Assembly: GCA_963781675.1 (NCBI GenBank)
Contig: CAWAGF010000006.1
Span: 324,045-388,044 of the forward strand
Source of the DNA: an uncultured Actinomycetota bacterium
GTDB taxonomy: Bacteria; Actinomycetota; Actinomycetes; Mycobacteriales; SCTD01
Direction: 5' to 3'
DNA: 64,000 nt
Shown one piece after another: positions 41,063 to 51,681 of this stretch. Under the pieces are notes generated by a model, which saw only the letters and a list, made by a program, of their open reading frames with translations, was not told where the DNA came from and made no database searches. Numbering within the stretch: the stretch's first letter is position 1; each line of letters opens with the position of its first letter. The position numbers were made by a program, and so were the translations under genes.

Positions 41063-42232
41063 CTAGGGGGTCCAGTCGGTCCGCTCGCCGGGCACGAGGC
41101 CGAGGTCGGCCTGCGGGCAGTCTCCCGGCTTGCCGGTGCTGGAGGCGTAGAAGTGGTCCTGCGGCCGCTGCACCTGGAACGGGCTGCTGCCGTCGCCCAC
41201 CTGGTCGTTGGCCAGCAGGCGGTCCTTGTCGGTGACCTTGCCGTCGTGGTTCACGTCCAGGTAGCGGCTCATCCGGGTCGCCAGGGCCTCCACGTCCAGG
41301 CTGGACACGCACTTGTTCACGCCGGGCGGGTCCGAGTGGTACGCCATGATGTCGTTGGTCGGCAGGCCGCCCCAGGAGCCCTCCGCGCCGTCGCCGACGT
41401 GGCCGACGCTCAGGCAGTGCCCGACCTCGTGCGAGACCAGGTCGAACAGCGAGAAGAAGTCCTCGAGCGCGCCCTCGCCCGGCGTCGGGTCGATCGCGCC
41501 GTTGACGGCGAAGCAGATGTTGCCGCCGGAGCCGCCGCAGTCCTCGTTGTAGATGCCCTCGCGCGCCTCGTGGTGGCTGTCGAAGCCCGGAAGCGCCTCC
41601 CAGGCCGAGATGTCCGCGGCGTTGGGGATCCCGTGGCACAGCCCCTGGCCGCCCCCGACGCCGAACAGGTCGTCGGCGAAGTCGACCGGGTCGATGCCGA
41701 TGCCGAGGCCGCCGACGGGGTTGGTCGCCACGACCACGACCTCCGGGTCGACGACCGGGTACGTCGTGAACTCCCCGCCCTTGCCGGTCGGGTCGAAGTA
41801 GTCCACGGACACGTGGAAGTCCATGCCGTCGGCCAGCCAGTCCAGCTTGAGCTTCTTCGCGATGTGGTCGATGCCGCCCTCCCACATCTCGATCGACTGG
41901 CGCATGATCCGCATGTCGCGCTCGGCCGCCGGCGAGATCGGCACCATGATCAGGACGTCCACCTGCGGGGAGTCCAGGCCGTTCATGTCGGTGCGCATGT
42001 GGTGGCAGACCGGCGTCTTGGTGTTGCGCAGCCAGAAGTCCTCGTTCTCCTCGCCGTCGGCGAGCAGGTCGCGCATCTCGGCAGCGCAGACCGCCGGCAC
42101 GTTGCCCTTGCCGAAGTGCGGCGTGGGGGCCTTGGGAGCGGCGGCCTGGGCGGTGCCCAGCCCGACGAGCGGCAGCACGAGCAGGGCGGCGGTCACCAGC
42201 GCCCTGCGACGGCCGTGCGTGGCGTCCTTCAC
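41063..42232 (-). CDS. Secreted zinc metalloprotease, metzincin-like (HExxHxxxxxH), Cys-rich, with a Ca-binding-type Asp loop
   Basis: Signal peptide [30 protein letters not shown]. Zinc site [12 protein letters not shown] followed by NDIMAY (a possible Met-turn). EF-hand/dockerin-like [12 protein letters not shown]. Confidence 0.6.
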   Translation of the reverse strand: MKDATHGRRRALVTAALLVLPLVGLGTAQAAAPKAPTPHFGKGNVPAVCAAEMRDLLADGEENEDFWLRNTKTPVCHHMRTDMNGLDSPQVDVLIMVPISPAAERDMRIMRQSIEMWEGGIDHIAKKLKLDWLADGMDFHVSVDYFDPTGKGGEFTTYPVVDPEVVVVATNPVGGLGIGIDPVDFADDLFGVGGGQGLCHGIPNAADISAWEALPGFDSHHEAREGIYNEDCGGSGGNICFAVNGAIDPTPGEGALEDFFSLFDLVSHEVGHCLSVGHVGDGAEGSWGGLPTNDIMAYHSDPPGVNKCVSSLDVEALATRMSRYLDVNHDGKVTDKDRLLANDQVGDGSSPFQVQRPQDHFYASSTGKPGDCPQADLGLVPGERTDWTP

Positions 42233-42387
42233 GGAGGTCCTCTCGGTCCAGGGACCCGCCCGGGGCCTCGGGGGGAGCGGGTGCGTCCTGGAGCAGTTCG
42301 CCGCGCGGCGCCGCTTCCCTGCACCGCCCGCGCAGGTGCTCGACCCCTAGGGTCGTCCGGACGGCAGCCCGGCGAGAGGTGCACCCC

Positions 42388-43383
42388 ATGACGACGGCCC
42401 TGCGCGGACGCAGCTTCCTCAAGGAGCTCGACCTCACCGCGGCGGAGTGGGAGTCGCTGCTGACCCTGTCCGCCGAGCTCAAGGCCGCCAAGAAGGCGGG
42501 TACGGAGGAGCAGCGGCTGCGCGGCCGGAGCATCGCGCTGATCTTCGAGAAGACCTCCACCCGCACGCGCTGCGCGTTCGAGGTGGCGGCGTACGACCAG
42601 GGCGCGCACGTCACCTACCTCGACCCGACCGGCTCGCAGATCGGCCACAAGGAGTCGATGAAGGACACCGCGCGCGTGCTCGGCCGGTTCTACGACGGCA
42701 TCGAGTACCGCGGCTCCGCGCAGGCGCTGGTCGAGACGCTCGCCGAGCACAGCGGCGTCCCGGTCTGGAACGGCCTCACGGACGAGTGGCACCCCACCCA
42801 GTCCCTGTGCGACGTGCTCACGATGCGCGAGCACGTGCAGAGCGAGCGGATCTCGTTCGCCTACCTCGGCGACGCCCGCAACAACGTCGGCAACAGCCTG
42901 CTCGTGGGCGGCGCGCTGTCCGGGATGGACGTGCGGATCGTCGCGCCGGAGCAGCTCTGGAACGAGCCCGAGGTGGTCGAGCAGGCGCGCGCCTTGGCGG
43001 CGCAGACAGGCGGGAGCGTCACGCTCACTGCGGACGTCGGCGAGGGCGTCGCCGGCGCGGACGTCGTCTACACCGACGTGTGGGTCTCCATGGGCGAGCC
43101 CAAGGAGGTCTGGGCCGAGCGCATCGCGCTGCTGCGCGACTACCAGGTCACGATGGACGTGCTGCGCGCCACCGGGAAGCCCGACGTCCGGTTCATGCAC
43201 TGCCTGCCGGCCTTCCACGACCGGCAGACCGTCGTGGGGGAGGACGTCTTCCAGAAGACCGGGATGGACGCCCTCGAGGTGACCGACGAGGTGTTCGAGA
43301 GCGAGCACTCGATCGTGTTCGACCAGGCGGAGAACCGGATGCACACCATCAAGGCGGTCATGGTCGCGACGCTGGCCGGCTGA
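42388..43383 (+). CDS. arcB: Ornithine carbamoyltransferase (probably catabolic, paired with carbamate kinase)
   Basis: ATG 42388 follows RBS gagagg (the ORF track starts at GTG 42379). [22 protein letters not shown] and FMHCLPAFH. Confidence 0.88.
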   Translation: MTTALRGRSFLKELDLTAAEWESLLTLSAELKAAKKAGTEEQRLRGRSIALIFEKTSTRTRCAFEVAAYDQGAHVTYLDPTGSQIGHKESMKDTARVLGRFYDGIEYRGSAQALVETLAEHSGVPVWNGLTDEWHPTQSLCDVLTMREHVQSERISFAYLGDARNNVGNSLLVGGALSGMDVRIVAPEQLWNEPEVVEQARALAAQTGGSVTLTADVGEGVAGADVVYTDVWVSMGEPKEVWAERIALLRDYQVTMDVLRATGKPDVRFMHCLPAFHDRQTVVGEDVFQKTGMDALEVTDEVFESEHSIVFDQAENRMHTIKAVMVATLAG

Positions 43384-43384
43384 C

Positions 43385-44371
43385 GTGCGCATCGTGGCCG
43401 CGCTCGGCGGCAACGCGCTGCTGCGCCGTGGGCAGACGCCGGACGCCTCCGTCCAGGCCGCCAACGTCCAGCGGGCTGTCGCCGCTCTGGCGCCGCTCGC
43501 CCAGGAGCACGAGCTGGTCCTGACGCACGGCAACGGCCCGCAGGTCGGCGTGCTGGCCCTGCAGAGCGCGTCCGACCCGCACCTGACCACGCCGTACCCG
43601 TTCGACGTCCTCGGGGCGCAGACGCAGGGGATGATCGGCTACTGGCTGCTGCAGGCGCTCCAGAACACGCTGCCGGGCCGGCAGGTCGCCGCGATCATCA
43701 ACCAGACGCTCGTCAGCGCCGCGGACCCCGCCTTCGAGAACCCGAGCAAGCCGATCGGCGAGGTGTACGACGAGCAGACCGCGAAGCGGCTCGCCCAGGA
43801 GCGCGGCTGGACGGTGAAGCCGGACGGGGAGCACTGGCGCCGGGTCGTCGGCTCGCCCCGGCCGCAGCGCGTCGTCGAGACCCGGCTGATCCGGCTGCTG
43901 CTCGGCAGCGGCGCCGTGGTCGTGTGCGCCGGCGGCGGGGGCGTGCCGGTCATCCGCGCCGCCGACGGCCGGCTGTCCGGCGTCGAGGCAGTGGTCGACA
44001 AGGACCTCACGACGTCGGTGCTCGCCGAGGCGCTGGACGCCGACGTGCTGATGATCCTCACCGACGTGCCGCACGTCGTGCGCGGCTACGGCACGCCCGA
44101 GGCGGAGCCGGTGCTGCGGGCGACGCCGAGCAGCCTGCTGCGCGAGGACTTCGCCGCCGGCTCGATGGGCCCGAAGGTGGACGCGGCCTGCCGGTTCGTC
44201 GAGGTGACCGGCGACATGGCGGCGATCGGCCGGCTCGAGGACGCGGTGGAGATCCTCGAGGGCCGCGCCGGGACGATCATCACGCCGCGCGGGAAGTACG
44301 GCGGGCCGGACGACCTCTCGCCGCGGCACGGGGTCGACCAGCCGCGCCGCCGGCGTACCGACGTCCGGTGA
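43385..44371 (+). CDS. arcC: Carbamate kinase
   Basis: MRIVAALGGNALL, THGNGPQVG, GGGGVPV and VVDKDL. The C-terminal tail of roughly 20 aa (RGKYGGPDDLSPRHGVDQPRRRRTDVR) extends beyond the usual end. Confidence 0.88.
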   Translation: MRIVAALGGNALLRRGQTPDASVQAANVQRAVAALAPLAQEHELVLTHGNGPQVGVLALQSASDPHLTTPYPFDVLGAQTQGMIGYWLLQALQNTLPGRQVAAIINQTLVSAADPAFENPSKPIGEVYDEQTAKRLAQERGWTVKPDGEHWRRVVGSPRPQRVVETRLIRLLLGSGAVVVCAGGGGVPVIRAADGRLSGVEAVVDKDLTTSVLAEALDADVLMILTDVPHVVRGYGTPEAEPVLRATPSSLLREDFAAGSMGPKVDAACRFVEVTGDMAAIGRLEDAVEILEGRAGTIITPRGKYGGPDDLSPRHGVDQPRRRRTDVR

Positions 44372-44408
44372 GGCTGCTCCTCGTCGTCGGCGCGCGCTGA
44401 GGGCGGCG

Positions 44409-44720
44409 TCAGCAGGCCGCGCAGGTCACCGCGGCCGGGGCGCTGTCCAGCCGCGCGAGCGGCACCGTCCCACCGCACCGCTCGCAGGTCGTCGCGAGGC
44501 CGGCGTCGAGCCGGGCGAGCGCGTGCGCGGCCTGCTCGGCGAGCTGCTGCGCGTGCGCCTGCAGGCCGGCCGACGCGCAGCCGCTGCTGCCCTGGTCGGC
44601 CGGGTCCACCGGCGTGGCGCGGGCCTGCAGCAGGCCGCGCCTCGCCGCCACCCACACGGCCGCCTGCTCGGCGGTGAAGCGCGCCGGGTGCGCGGCCAGC
44701 AGCGCGACGGCCGGGTCCAC
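44409..44720 (-). CDS. TraR/DksA-family C4 zinc-finger protein
   Basis: GTG 44720 shares one base with the upstream TAG. The C-terminal CERCGGTVPLARLDSAPAAVTCAAC is a CxxC-N17-CxxC motif. It occupies the tail of shadow ORF 44409..45437. Confidence 0.6.
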   Translation of the reverse strand: MDPAVALLAAHPARFTAEQAAVWVAARRGLLQARATPVDPADQGSSGCASAGLQAHAQQLAEQAAHALARLDAGLATTCERCGGTVPLARLDSAPAAVTCAAC

Positions 44721-45588
44721 TAGACCCGGGAGGCGGCGAAGGTGTCGCAGGCCCGCGGGTCGCCCTTGCTCAGCCCGGTGCGGAACCACTTCTGCCGCTG
44801 CTCGGCCGACCCGTGCGTCCAGCTCTCCGGGTCGACCCGCCCGCGGGAGGCCTCCTGGATGCGGTCGTCGCCGACGGCCGCGGCCGCGGAGAGCCCCTCG
44901 TCGATGTCGGTGTCGTCGAAGGTGAGGAAGCCGCCCTGCTGCGCGTTCGCGGCCCAGACGCCGGCGTAGCAGTCCGCCTGCAGCTCCAGCCGGGTGGAGG
45001 CGCCCTGGGGGCCGGTCTGCTCGGGCAGCCGCCGCGACTTCTCGCTGGTGCCGGTGACGTTCTGCACGTGGTGGCCGTACTCGTGGGCCAGCACGTACGC
45101 CTGTGCGAAGTCGCCGCCCTTGGCTCCGTACGTCGTCTCGAGCTCGTCGAAGAACCCGAGGTCGAGGAAGATGCCCTGGTCCGGCGGGCAGTAGAACGGC
45201 CCCACGGCCGAGGTCGCCTGGCCGCAGCCGGTGGCGACGCTGCCCGAGAAGATGCGGGTGTCGGGCGGCTGGAGCCCGCGGACGGCCTGCGTCCAGTAGT
45301 CGGTGAGGCTGTTGTCGATGCCGACCACGCGGCACCGGTCGTTCGTGTCGGCGTCCGCACCGGTCTGGCACTCGGCAGCGAGGTCGTCGGTGGCCACGGC
45401 GGTGTCGTCGGCGAAGCCGCCGGTCGGTTCCCGCCACCGCCGAGGTCGGCCGGGTTCACCCCGAGCACCAGCGCGAGCAGCAGCCCGACGATGCCGATGC
45501 CGCCACCGCCGATGGCGGCACCGCGCCCGCGACCCCTGCTGGTGCTGACCCGGGAGGTGTCGAGCCGCGCGTCGTCGTCGAAGTCCAT
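44720..45588 (-). pseudogene. YpfJ-like neutral zinc metallopeptidase (membrane-anchored), frame-disrupted by an apparent 1-nt deletion near 45430
   Basis: The N-terminus MDFDDDARLDTSRVSTSRGRGRG plus a TM helix IGIVGLLLALVLGV is in ORF 44770..45588. The body, with YVLAHEYGHHVQ and LELQADCYAGVW, is in ORF 44720..45709. Adding one G to the GGG run restores GGGGEPTGGFADD. Corrected length is 870 nt. Confidence 0.8.
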
Positions 45589-45723
45589 GCCGCCTTTCTG
45601 CCCACAGGCGGTCGCGCCGCACTCCTGCGCGAACGGGTGAGGCGTAGGCTGGGCGGGTGCCTCTGACGACCGACTGAGCCGGCGCGAGTCGCCGCTGCCC
45701 GTCCGTCACCTCCGAGGAGCACC

Positions 45724-47316
<1,593 letters not shown>

Positions 47317-47470
47317 TCAGCCGCGGTCCGGCGGGGCCTGCCGCTGCAACCCGTCGCTGACACGCCGGTGCAGCCGCCTGAGGGTCGCCGCGCCGGCGTG
47401 TCGCGGGCGCGTCGCAGTCGCACCGCAGGCAGGTGGTGCGTCCCGGACCCGCACGCCCGGCGCGGCGGCG

Positions 47471-48493
47471 TCAGCGGGGGAAGGACCTGACCGGGTGCCC
47501 GGCCTCGACGCCGAGCACCACCGGCGTGCCGGGGGCGACGTCGACGGTGTGCGGCTGCAGCGAGCGCACCTGCGCACCGGACGGCAGGCCCAGCACGTAG
47601 ACGTACGACGCCCCACGGAACTCCCGCCGCAGCACCCGCCCCGCGCCGCTGGGGTCGGGGCGGAAGACGACCTCGTGCGGGCGGAGCATCACGTCGACGG
47701 CGCCGGTCGCGCCGGCGGTGGCGGCCAGCGGCCCGACCTCGGTCTGCACGACCGCGCCGTCCTGCGTCCCGGGCAGGAAGTCGGCCTCGCCGAGCAGGGT
47801 GGCGGAGAAGCGGGTGGCGGGCGCGTGGAAGGCCTCGGCCGGCTCGGCGACGTGCTCGAAGCGGCCCTCGCGCATGACCGCCACGCGCTCCCCGACGGCC
47901 AGGGCCTCGGCCTGGTCGTGCGTGACGAAGACGCCGGCCGCACCGCTGCCGCGAAGGGCCGCCACGGTGGCCTCGCGGACGCTGGTGCGCAGCCCGGCGT
48001 CGAGGTTGCCGAACGCCTCGTCGAACAGGACGACCCCCGGTCGGGGCGCGAGCGCCCGGGCGAGGGCGACGCGCTGCTGCTGCCCGCCGGACAGCTCGTG
48101 CGGGTAGCGCCGGCCGAGGTCCGGCAGGTCGACCAGCGCGAGCAGCTCGGCGACGCGGCCGTCGCGGTCGCGCCCGCGGGGCAGCCCGAAGGCGACGTTG
48201 TCGGCCACCCGCAGGTGCGGGAACAGCGCGGCGTCCTGGAAGACGACGCCCACGCGGCGGTCCTCCGGCGGCACCCACGCGCCGGGGCCGGCGACCACCC
48301 GGCCGTCGACGACGATGCTGCCGGCGTCCGGCTCGAGCAGGCCGGCGAGCAGCATGAGCAGCGTCGACTTGCCGCAGCCGCTCGGGCCGACGAGCGCGAC
48401 GAGCTCGCCCTCCGCGACCGACAGGCTGACGTCGTCCACGGCGGTGGTCCGGCCGAAGCGCTTGCGGACGCCCTGCAGCTCGACGGCGGTCAC
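47471..48493 (-). CDS. Fe(3+)/spermidine-type ABC importer ATP-binding protein
   Basis: [24 protein letters not shown] and VLFDEAFGNLD. GTG 48493 overlaps the permease stop (GTGA). Confidence 0.88.
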   Translation of the reverse strand: MTAVELQGVRKRFGRTTAVDDVSLSVAEGELVALVGPSGCGKSTLLMLLAGLLEPDAGSIVVDGRVVAGPGAWVPPEDRRVGVVFQDAALFPHLRVADNVAFGLPRGRDRDGRVAELLALVDLPDLGRRYPHELSGGQQQRVALARALAPRPGVVLFDEAFGNLDAGLRTSVREATVAALRGSGAAGVFVTHDQAEALAVGERVAVMREGRFEHVAEPAEAFHAPATRFSATLLGEADFLPGTQDGAVVQTEVGPLAATAGATGAVDVMLRPHEVVFRPDPSGAGRVLRREFRGASYVYVLGLPSGAQVRSLQPHTVDVAPGTPVVLGVEAGHPVRSFPR

Positions 48494-50172
48494 CGGGCCA
48501 CTCCCGCGAGCTCGGGCTCGCCGCTGGGGTCGGTGGCGGGCAGGACGTCGACGGCGTCGTCAGCGAGCTGGACGTCGTCGTCGCCCCGGAACAGCAGCAC
48601 GACAGGGATCATCGCGACCAGCACGATGGCCAGCGCAGGCAGCCCCGCCATCTCGTAGCGGGAGTCCGCGGCGAGCTGCCAGACGTGCACGGCCAGCGTG
48701 TCGAAGCCGAACGGCCGCAGCAGCAGCACGATCGGCAGCTCCTTGAGCGCGTCGACGGCCACGAGGGTGGCGGCCACCGCGATGCCGGAGCGCGCGAGCG
48801 GCAGGTGCACGCCGCGCAGCACCCGCCCGGGCCGGGCGCCCAGCGACAGCGCGGCCGAGGTGAGGGACGGCGAGACGCTGGCCAGTCGCGCCTCGGTCGT
48901 GGTGTAGCCGAGCGCGAGGAAGCGGGCGGTGTAGACGACGACGAGGGCCAGCACCGAGCCGGTGACCAGGCCGCCGCCGCCGGGCAGGCCGAGGGCGTCC
49001 AGGGCGCTGCGGGCCCCGGCCAGCGCGAGCAGCGCGCCGATCGCGAGCACCGGCGCGGGGACGGCGTAGCCGGAGACGGTGGCCTGCACGCCGAGCTGCA
49101 CCCGGCGGCGGCCGTCGACGCGCGCGGCGTGCACCAGCAGCAGCGACACCACGACGACGACGACGGACACCTGACCGGCCAGCAGGACGCTGTTGGCCGT
49201 CGCGGTGAGGAAGCCGGTCACGTCGCCGATCCCGGTGGTCGTCGACCACAGGGCGAGCGTCAGCAGCGGGATGCCGACGGCGAGCAGCAGCACGAGCGAG
49301 CAGGCGGCGGTGGCGGCCCACGCGCGCACCCCCGTCAGCTGCACCGCGGCCATCGGGGAGGTGTCGCGCACCGGGCTGCTGAAGCGGGCGCCGCGGCGCA
49401 GCAGCCGCTCGCCGCCGAGCAGGGCGAGGGCGAGCAGCAGCACGAGCAGCGACAGGACGGTCGCCCCCGGCCGGTCGAACTGGCCGCGCCACACCTTGTA
49501 GATGCCGACCGAGAGGGTGTCGACGCCGAAGTACTGCACCGTCGCGAAGTCGCTCAGCACCTCGAGCGCCACGAGCAGCGCGCCGGCGGCCAGCGACGGC
49601 CGGGCCAGCGGGAGCACGATCCGCCGGGCGGCCTGCAGCGGGCGGACGCCGAGCGTGCGCGCTGCGCCGTACGGCGTGGCCGCCTGGTCGCGGAAGGCGA
49701 CGCGGGCCAGCAGGTAGACGTACGGGTAGAGGGTGAGCACCAGGACGGCGGCGGCCACCGGCAGCGTCCGCACGGGCGGGAACGGCGCGTCCTCGCCGAG
49801 CACCGCGCGCCAGCTGCTCTGCACCGGTCCCGGGTAGGACAGCAGCGACGACCAGACCAGCCCGAGGATGTACGCCGGCACCGCGGTCGGCAGGACGAGC
49901 AGCCACTGCAGGACCCGGCGGCCGGGGAAGCGGTAGGCCGTGGTCAGCCAGGCCAGCCCGGCGCCGAGCACGAGCGTGCCGAGCAGGACCAGGGCGAGCA
50001 GCGCGAGCGTGGTGCCGAGCAGCGGGACCCACCCGGACCCCGCGACGCGGTGCCAGGGCGCTGAGCCGGCGTTCAGGACGCCGACGGCGACGGCGAGCAC
50101 GGGCAGCAGGACGAGCAGCGCGGCGGCCGGGACCACCGCGCCGGACGCCCGGCGGCCCGCGCTCGAGGTCAC
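48490..50172 (-). CDS. Iron ABC importer permease (duplicated two-module FbpB-like)
   Basis: GTG 50172 overlaps the SBP stop. The protein is about 560 aa with about 12 TM segments and two EAA-like loops (AARTLGVRPLQAARRIVLPLARP and AALSLGARPGRVLRGVHLPLARS). Confidence 0.85.
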   Translation of the reverse strand: MTSSAGRRASGAVVPAAALLVLLPVLAVAVGVLNAGSAPWHRVAGSGWVPLLGTTLALLALVLLGTLVLGAGLAWLTTAYRFPGRRVLQWLLVLPTAVPAYILGLVWSSLLSYPGPVQSSWRAVLGEDAPFPPVRTLPVAAAVLVLTLYPYVYLLARVAFRDQAATPYGAARTLGVRPLQAARRIVLPLARPSLAAGALLVALEVLSDFATVQYFGVDTLSVGIYKVWRGQFDRPGATVLSLLVLLLALALLGGERLLRRGARFSSPVRDTSPMAAVQLTGVRAWAATAACSLVLLLAVGIPLLTLALWSTTTGIGDVTGFLTATANSVLLAGQVSVVVVVVSLLLVHAARVDGRRRVQLGVQATVSGYAVPAPVLAIGALLALAGARSALDALGLPGGGGLVTGSVLALVVVYTARFLALGYTTTEARLASVSPSLTSAALSLGARPGRVLRGVHLPLARSGIAVAATLVAVDALKELPIVLLLRPFGFDTLAVHVWQLAADSRYEMAGLPALAIVLVAMIPVVLLFRGDDDVQLADDAVDVLPATDPSGEPELAGVAR

Positions 50173-51194
50173 TTGTAGCCGGCGTCCGTGAGCAGCTGGA
50201 CCGCCTGGGCGTTGTCGTCGCCGAGCTCGCCGACGTTCAGCGCGTCGCGCTCGAAGGTGCCCAGCGTGTCGAGCAGCGCCACTGGCTGCACCGACCGGTT
50301 GACGGGGTACTCGAAGTTGCCGTCGACGAACAGCGACTGCCCCTTGGTGGCCAGCCACTCCAGGAACGTCTGGGCGTCGGCGGCGTCGTCGGCGTTCTTC
50401 GTGACGCCGGCGCCGCTGATGTTCACGTGCGTGCCGGTGCTCGCCTGGTTCGGGAAGAACACCTTCACCTTCAGGTCCGGGTCCTTGTCGAGCTCGCGCG
50501 CCACGTAGTAGTGGTTGGTGATCCCGACGTCGCAGCCGCCGGCCGCGATGGTGCGCACGATCTCGTTGTCGTTGGCCATGATCTGCGGCTCGTTGGCCAC
50601 CCAGGCGTCCAGCGTCCGGCGCGTCGTGGCCTCGCCGTCGTGCTCGATCATCGAGGCGACCAGCGACTGCGTGTAGGCGCTGGTGGAGGTCCGGAAGCAG
50701 AGCCGGCCCTTCCACTTCGGGTCGCCGAGCTCGGCGTAGGTCGACAGCTCCGACGGCTGCACCTCCGCAGGGTTGTAGATGATCACCCGAGCCCGCTCGG
50801 ACAGCCCGAACCAGCGGCCCTGCGGGTCGCGCAGCGCGGCCGGGACGGCGGCCTCGAGGTCCGGCGAGGTGATCGGCGCCAGCAGGCCCTGCTGGGCGGC
50901 CAGCGAGAGGTTCGCGACGTCCACCGTCATGTAGACGTCGGCCTTGGTGTCCGCGCCCTCGGCGGCCAGCCGCTCCCGCAGCTCGGCGTCGCTGCCGTTG
51001 AGGAACTCCACGTCGATGCCGGTGTCCTCGGTGAACTGCTCGTAGGCCTGCTCGGCGCCGTACGAGCGCGCGGAGTAGACCTGGATCGCCGGGCCGCCGG
51101 TGCCGGGGACGATGCCGCAGCCGGCCGCGGCCAGCGGCAGCACGGCCAGCGCCGACAGCCCGAGGGCGCGCAGGACGGGGGAGCGACGGGGCAC
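50169..51194 (-). CDS. Fe(3+) ABC importer substrate-binding lipoprotein
   Basis: GTG 51194 follows RBS gaaggaag. Lipobox LAAAGC. The extracellular solute-binding family 1 pattern includes IQVYSARSYG and GITNHYYV. Confidence 0.85.
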   Translation of the reverse strand: MPRRSPVLRALGLSALAVLPLAAAGCGIVPGTGGPAIQVYSARSYGAEQAYEQFTEDTGIDVEFLNGSDAELRERLAAEGADTKADVYMTVDVANLSLAAQQGLLAPITSPDLEAAVPAALRDPQGRWFGLSERARVIIYNPAEVQPSELSTYAELGDPKWKGRLCFRTSTSAYTQSLVASMIEHDGEATTRRTLDAWVANEPQIMANDNEIVRTIAAGGCDVGITNHYYVARELDKDPDLKVKVFFPNQASTGTHVNISGAGVTKNADDAADAQTFLEWLATKGQSLFVDGNFEYPVNRSVQPVALLDTLGTFERDALNVGELGDDNAQAVQLLTDAGYK

Positions 51195-51214
51195 GGAGCT
51201 TCCTTCAACGGAGG

Positions 51215-51233
51215 TTAGGGCAACCTTCCCTAC
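51215..51233. promoter_or_regulatory. Candidate IdeR/DtxR iron box upstream of the Fe(3+) ABC operon
   Basis: TTAGGGCAACCTTCCCTAC contains the inverted repeat TAGGG-N7-CCCTA. By my count it matches the DtxR consensus TTAGGTTAGCCTAACCTAA at 13/19 positions. It lies about 21 nt upstream of the SBP start, in an AT-richer island. Confidence 0.45.
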
Positions 51234-51352
51234 TGTACGGCCGCAGGGCCCAGGACGGCGTGCGCGATGCATCACGTCGGTCGTGGTTGCTAACGATCAT
51301 CCCGGGAACAGCCACCCCGACCAGCACCACCAGCGGAAGAAGAGGGCACCTC

Positions 51353-51562
51353 GTGGCAGAGCTCAAGAAGGGCAGCAGGGTCACCGGCGGCGAGCGCGAC
51401 AAGCTGGCCGCAGACCTGAAGAAGCGGTACGAGGGAGGGGAGAGCATCCGGCTGCTCGCCGAGTCCTCCGGCCGCTCGTACGGCTTCGTGCACCGGATCC
51501 TCAACGAGTCCGGCGCCACCCTGCGCGGACGTGGCGGGGCGACGCGCAAGAAGAGCTCCTAG
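51353..51562 (+). CDS. Small helix-turn-helix domain protein (conserved actinobacterial, 69 aa)
   Basis: GTG 51353 follows ggaagaagaggg, giving VAELKKGSRVTGGERDKLAADLKKRYEGGESIRLLAESSGRSYGFVHRILNESGATLRGRGG. Confidence 0.65.
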   Translation: MAELKKGSRVTGGERDKLAADLKKRYEGGESIRLLAESSGRSYGFVHRILNESGATLRGRGGATRKKSS

Positions 51563-51574
51563 CCGTCCTGCCCC

Positions 51575-51604
51575 GGGCCGGCCTCCCACGGGGGAGGCCG
51601 GCCC
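51575..51604 (+). terminator. Strong GC hairpin after the small HTH gene
   Basis: GGGCCGGCCTCCC, a 4-nt loop, then GGGAGGCCGGCCC (perfect 13-bp stem). It is additionally flanked by CTGCCCCGG ... CCGGGGCAG. Confidence 0.6.
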
Positions 51605-51681
51605 GCGGCGTACCCGGGGCAGCGCGGCGGCGGCCGGGGTGGCAGGCTCGGCCCACCTCAGAGCACCGGGAGCCGCACCTC

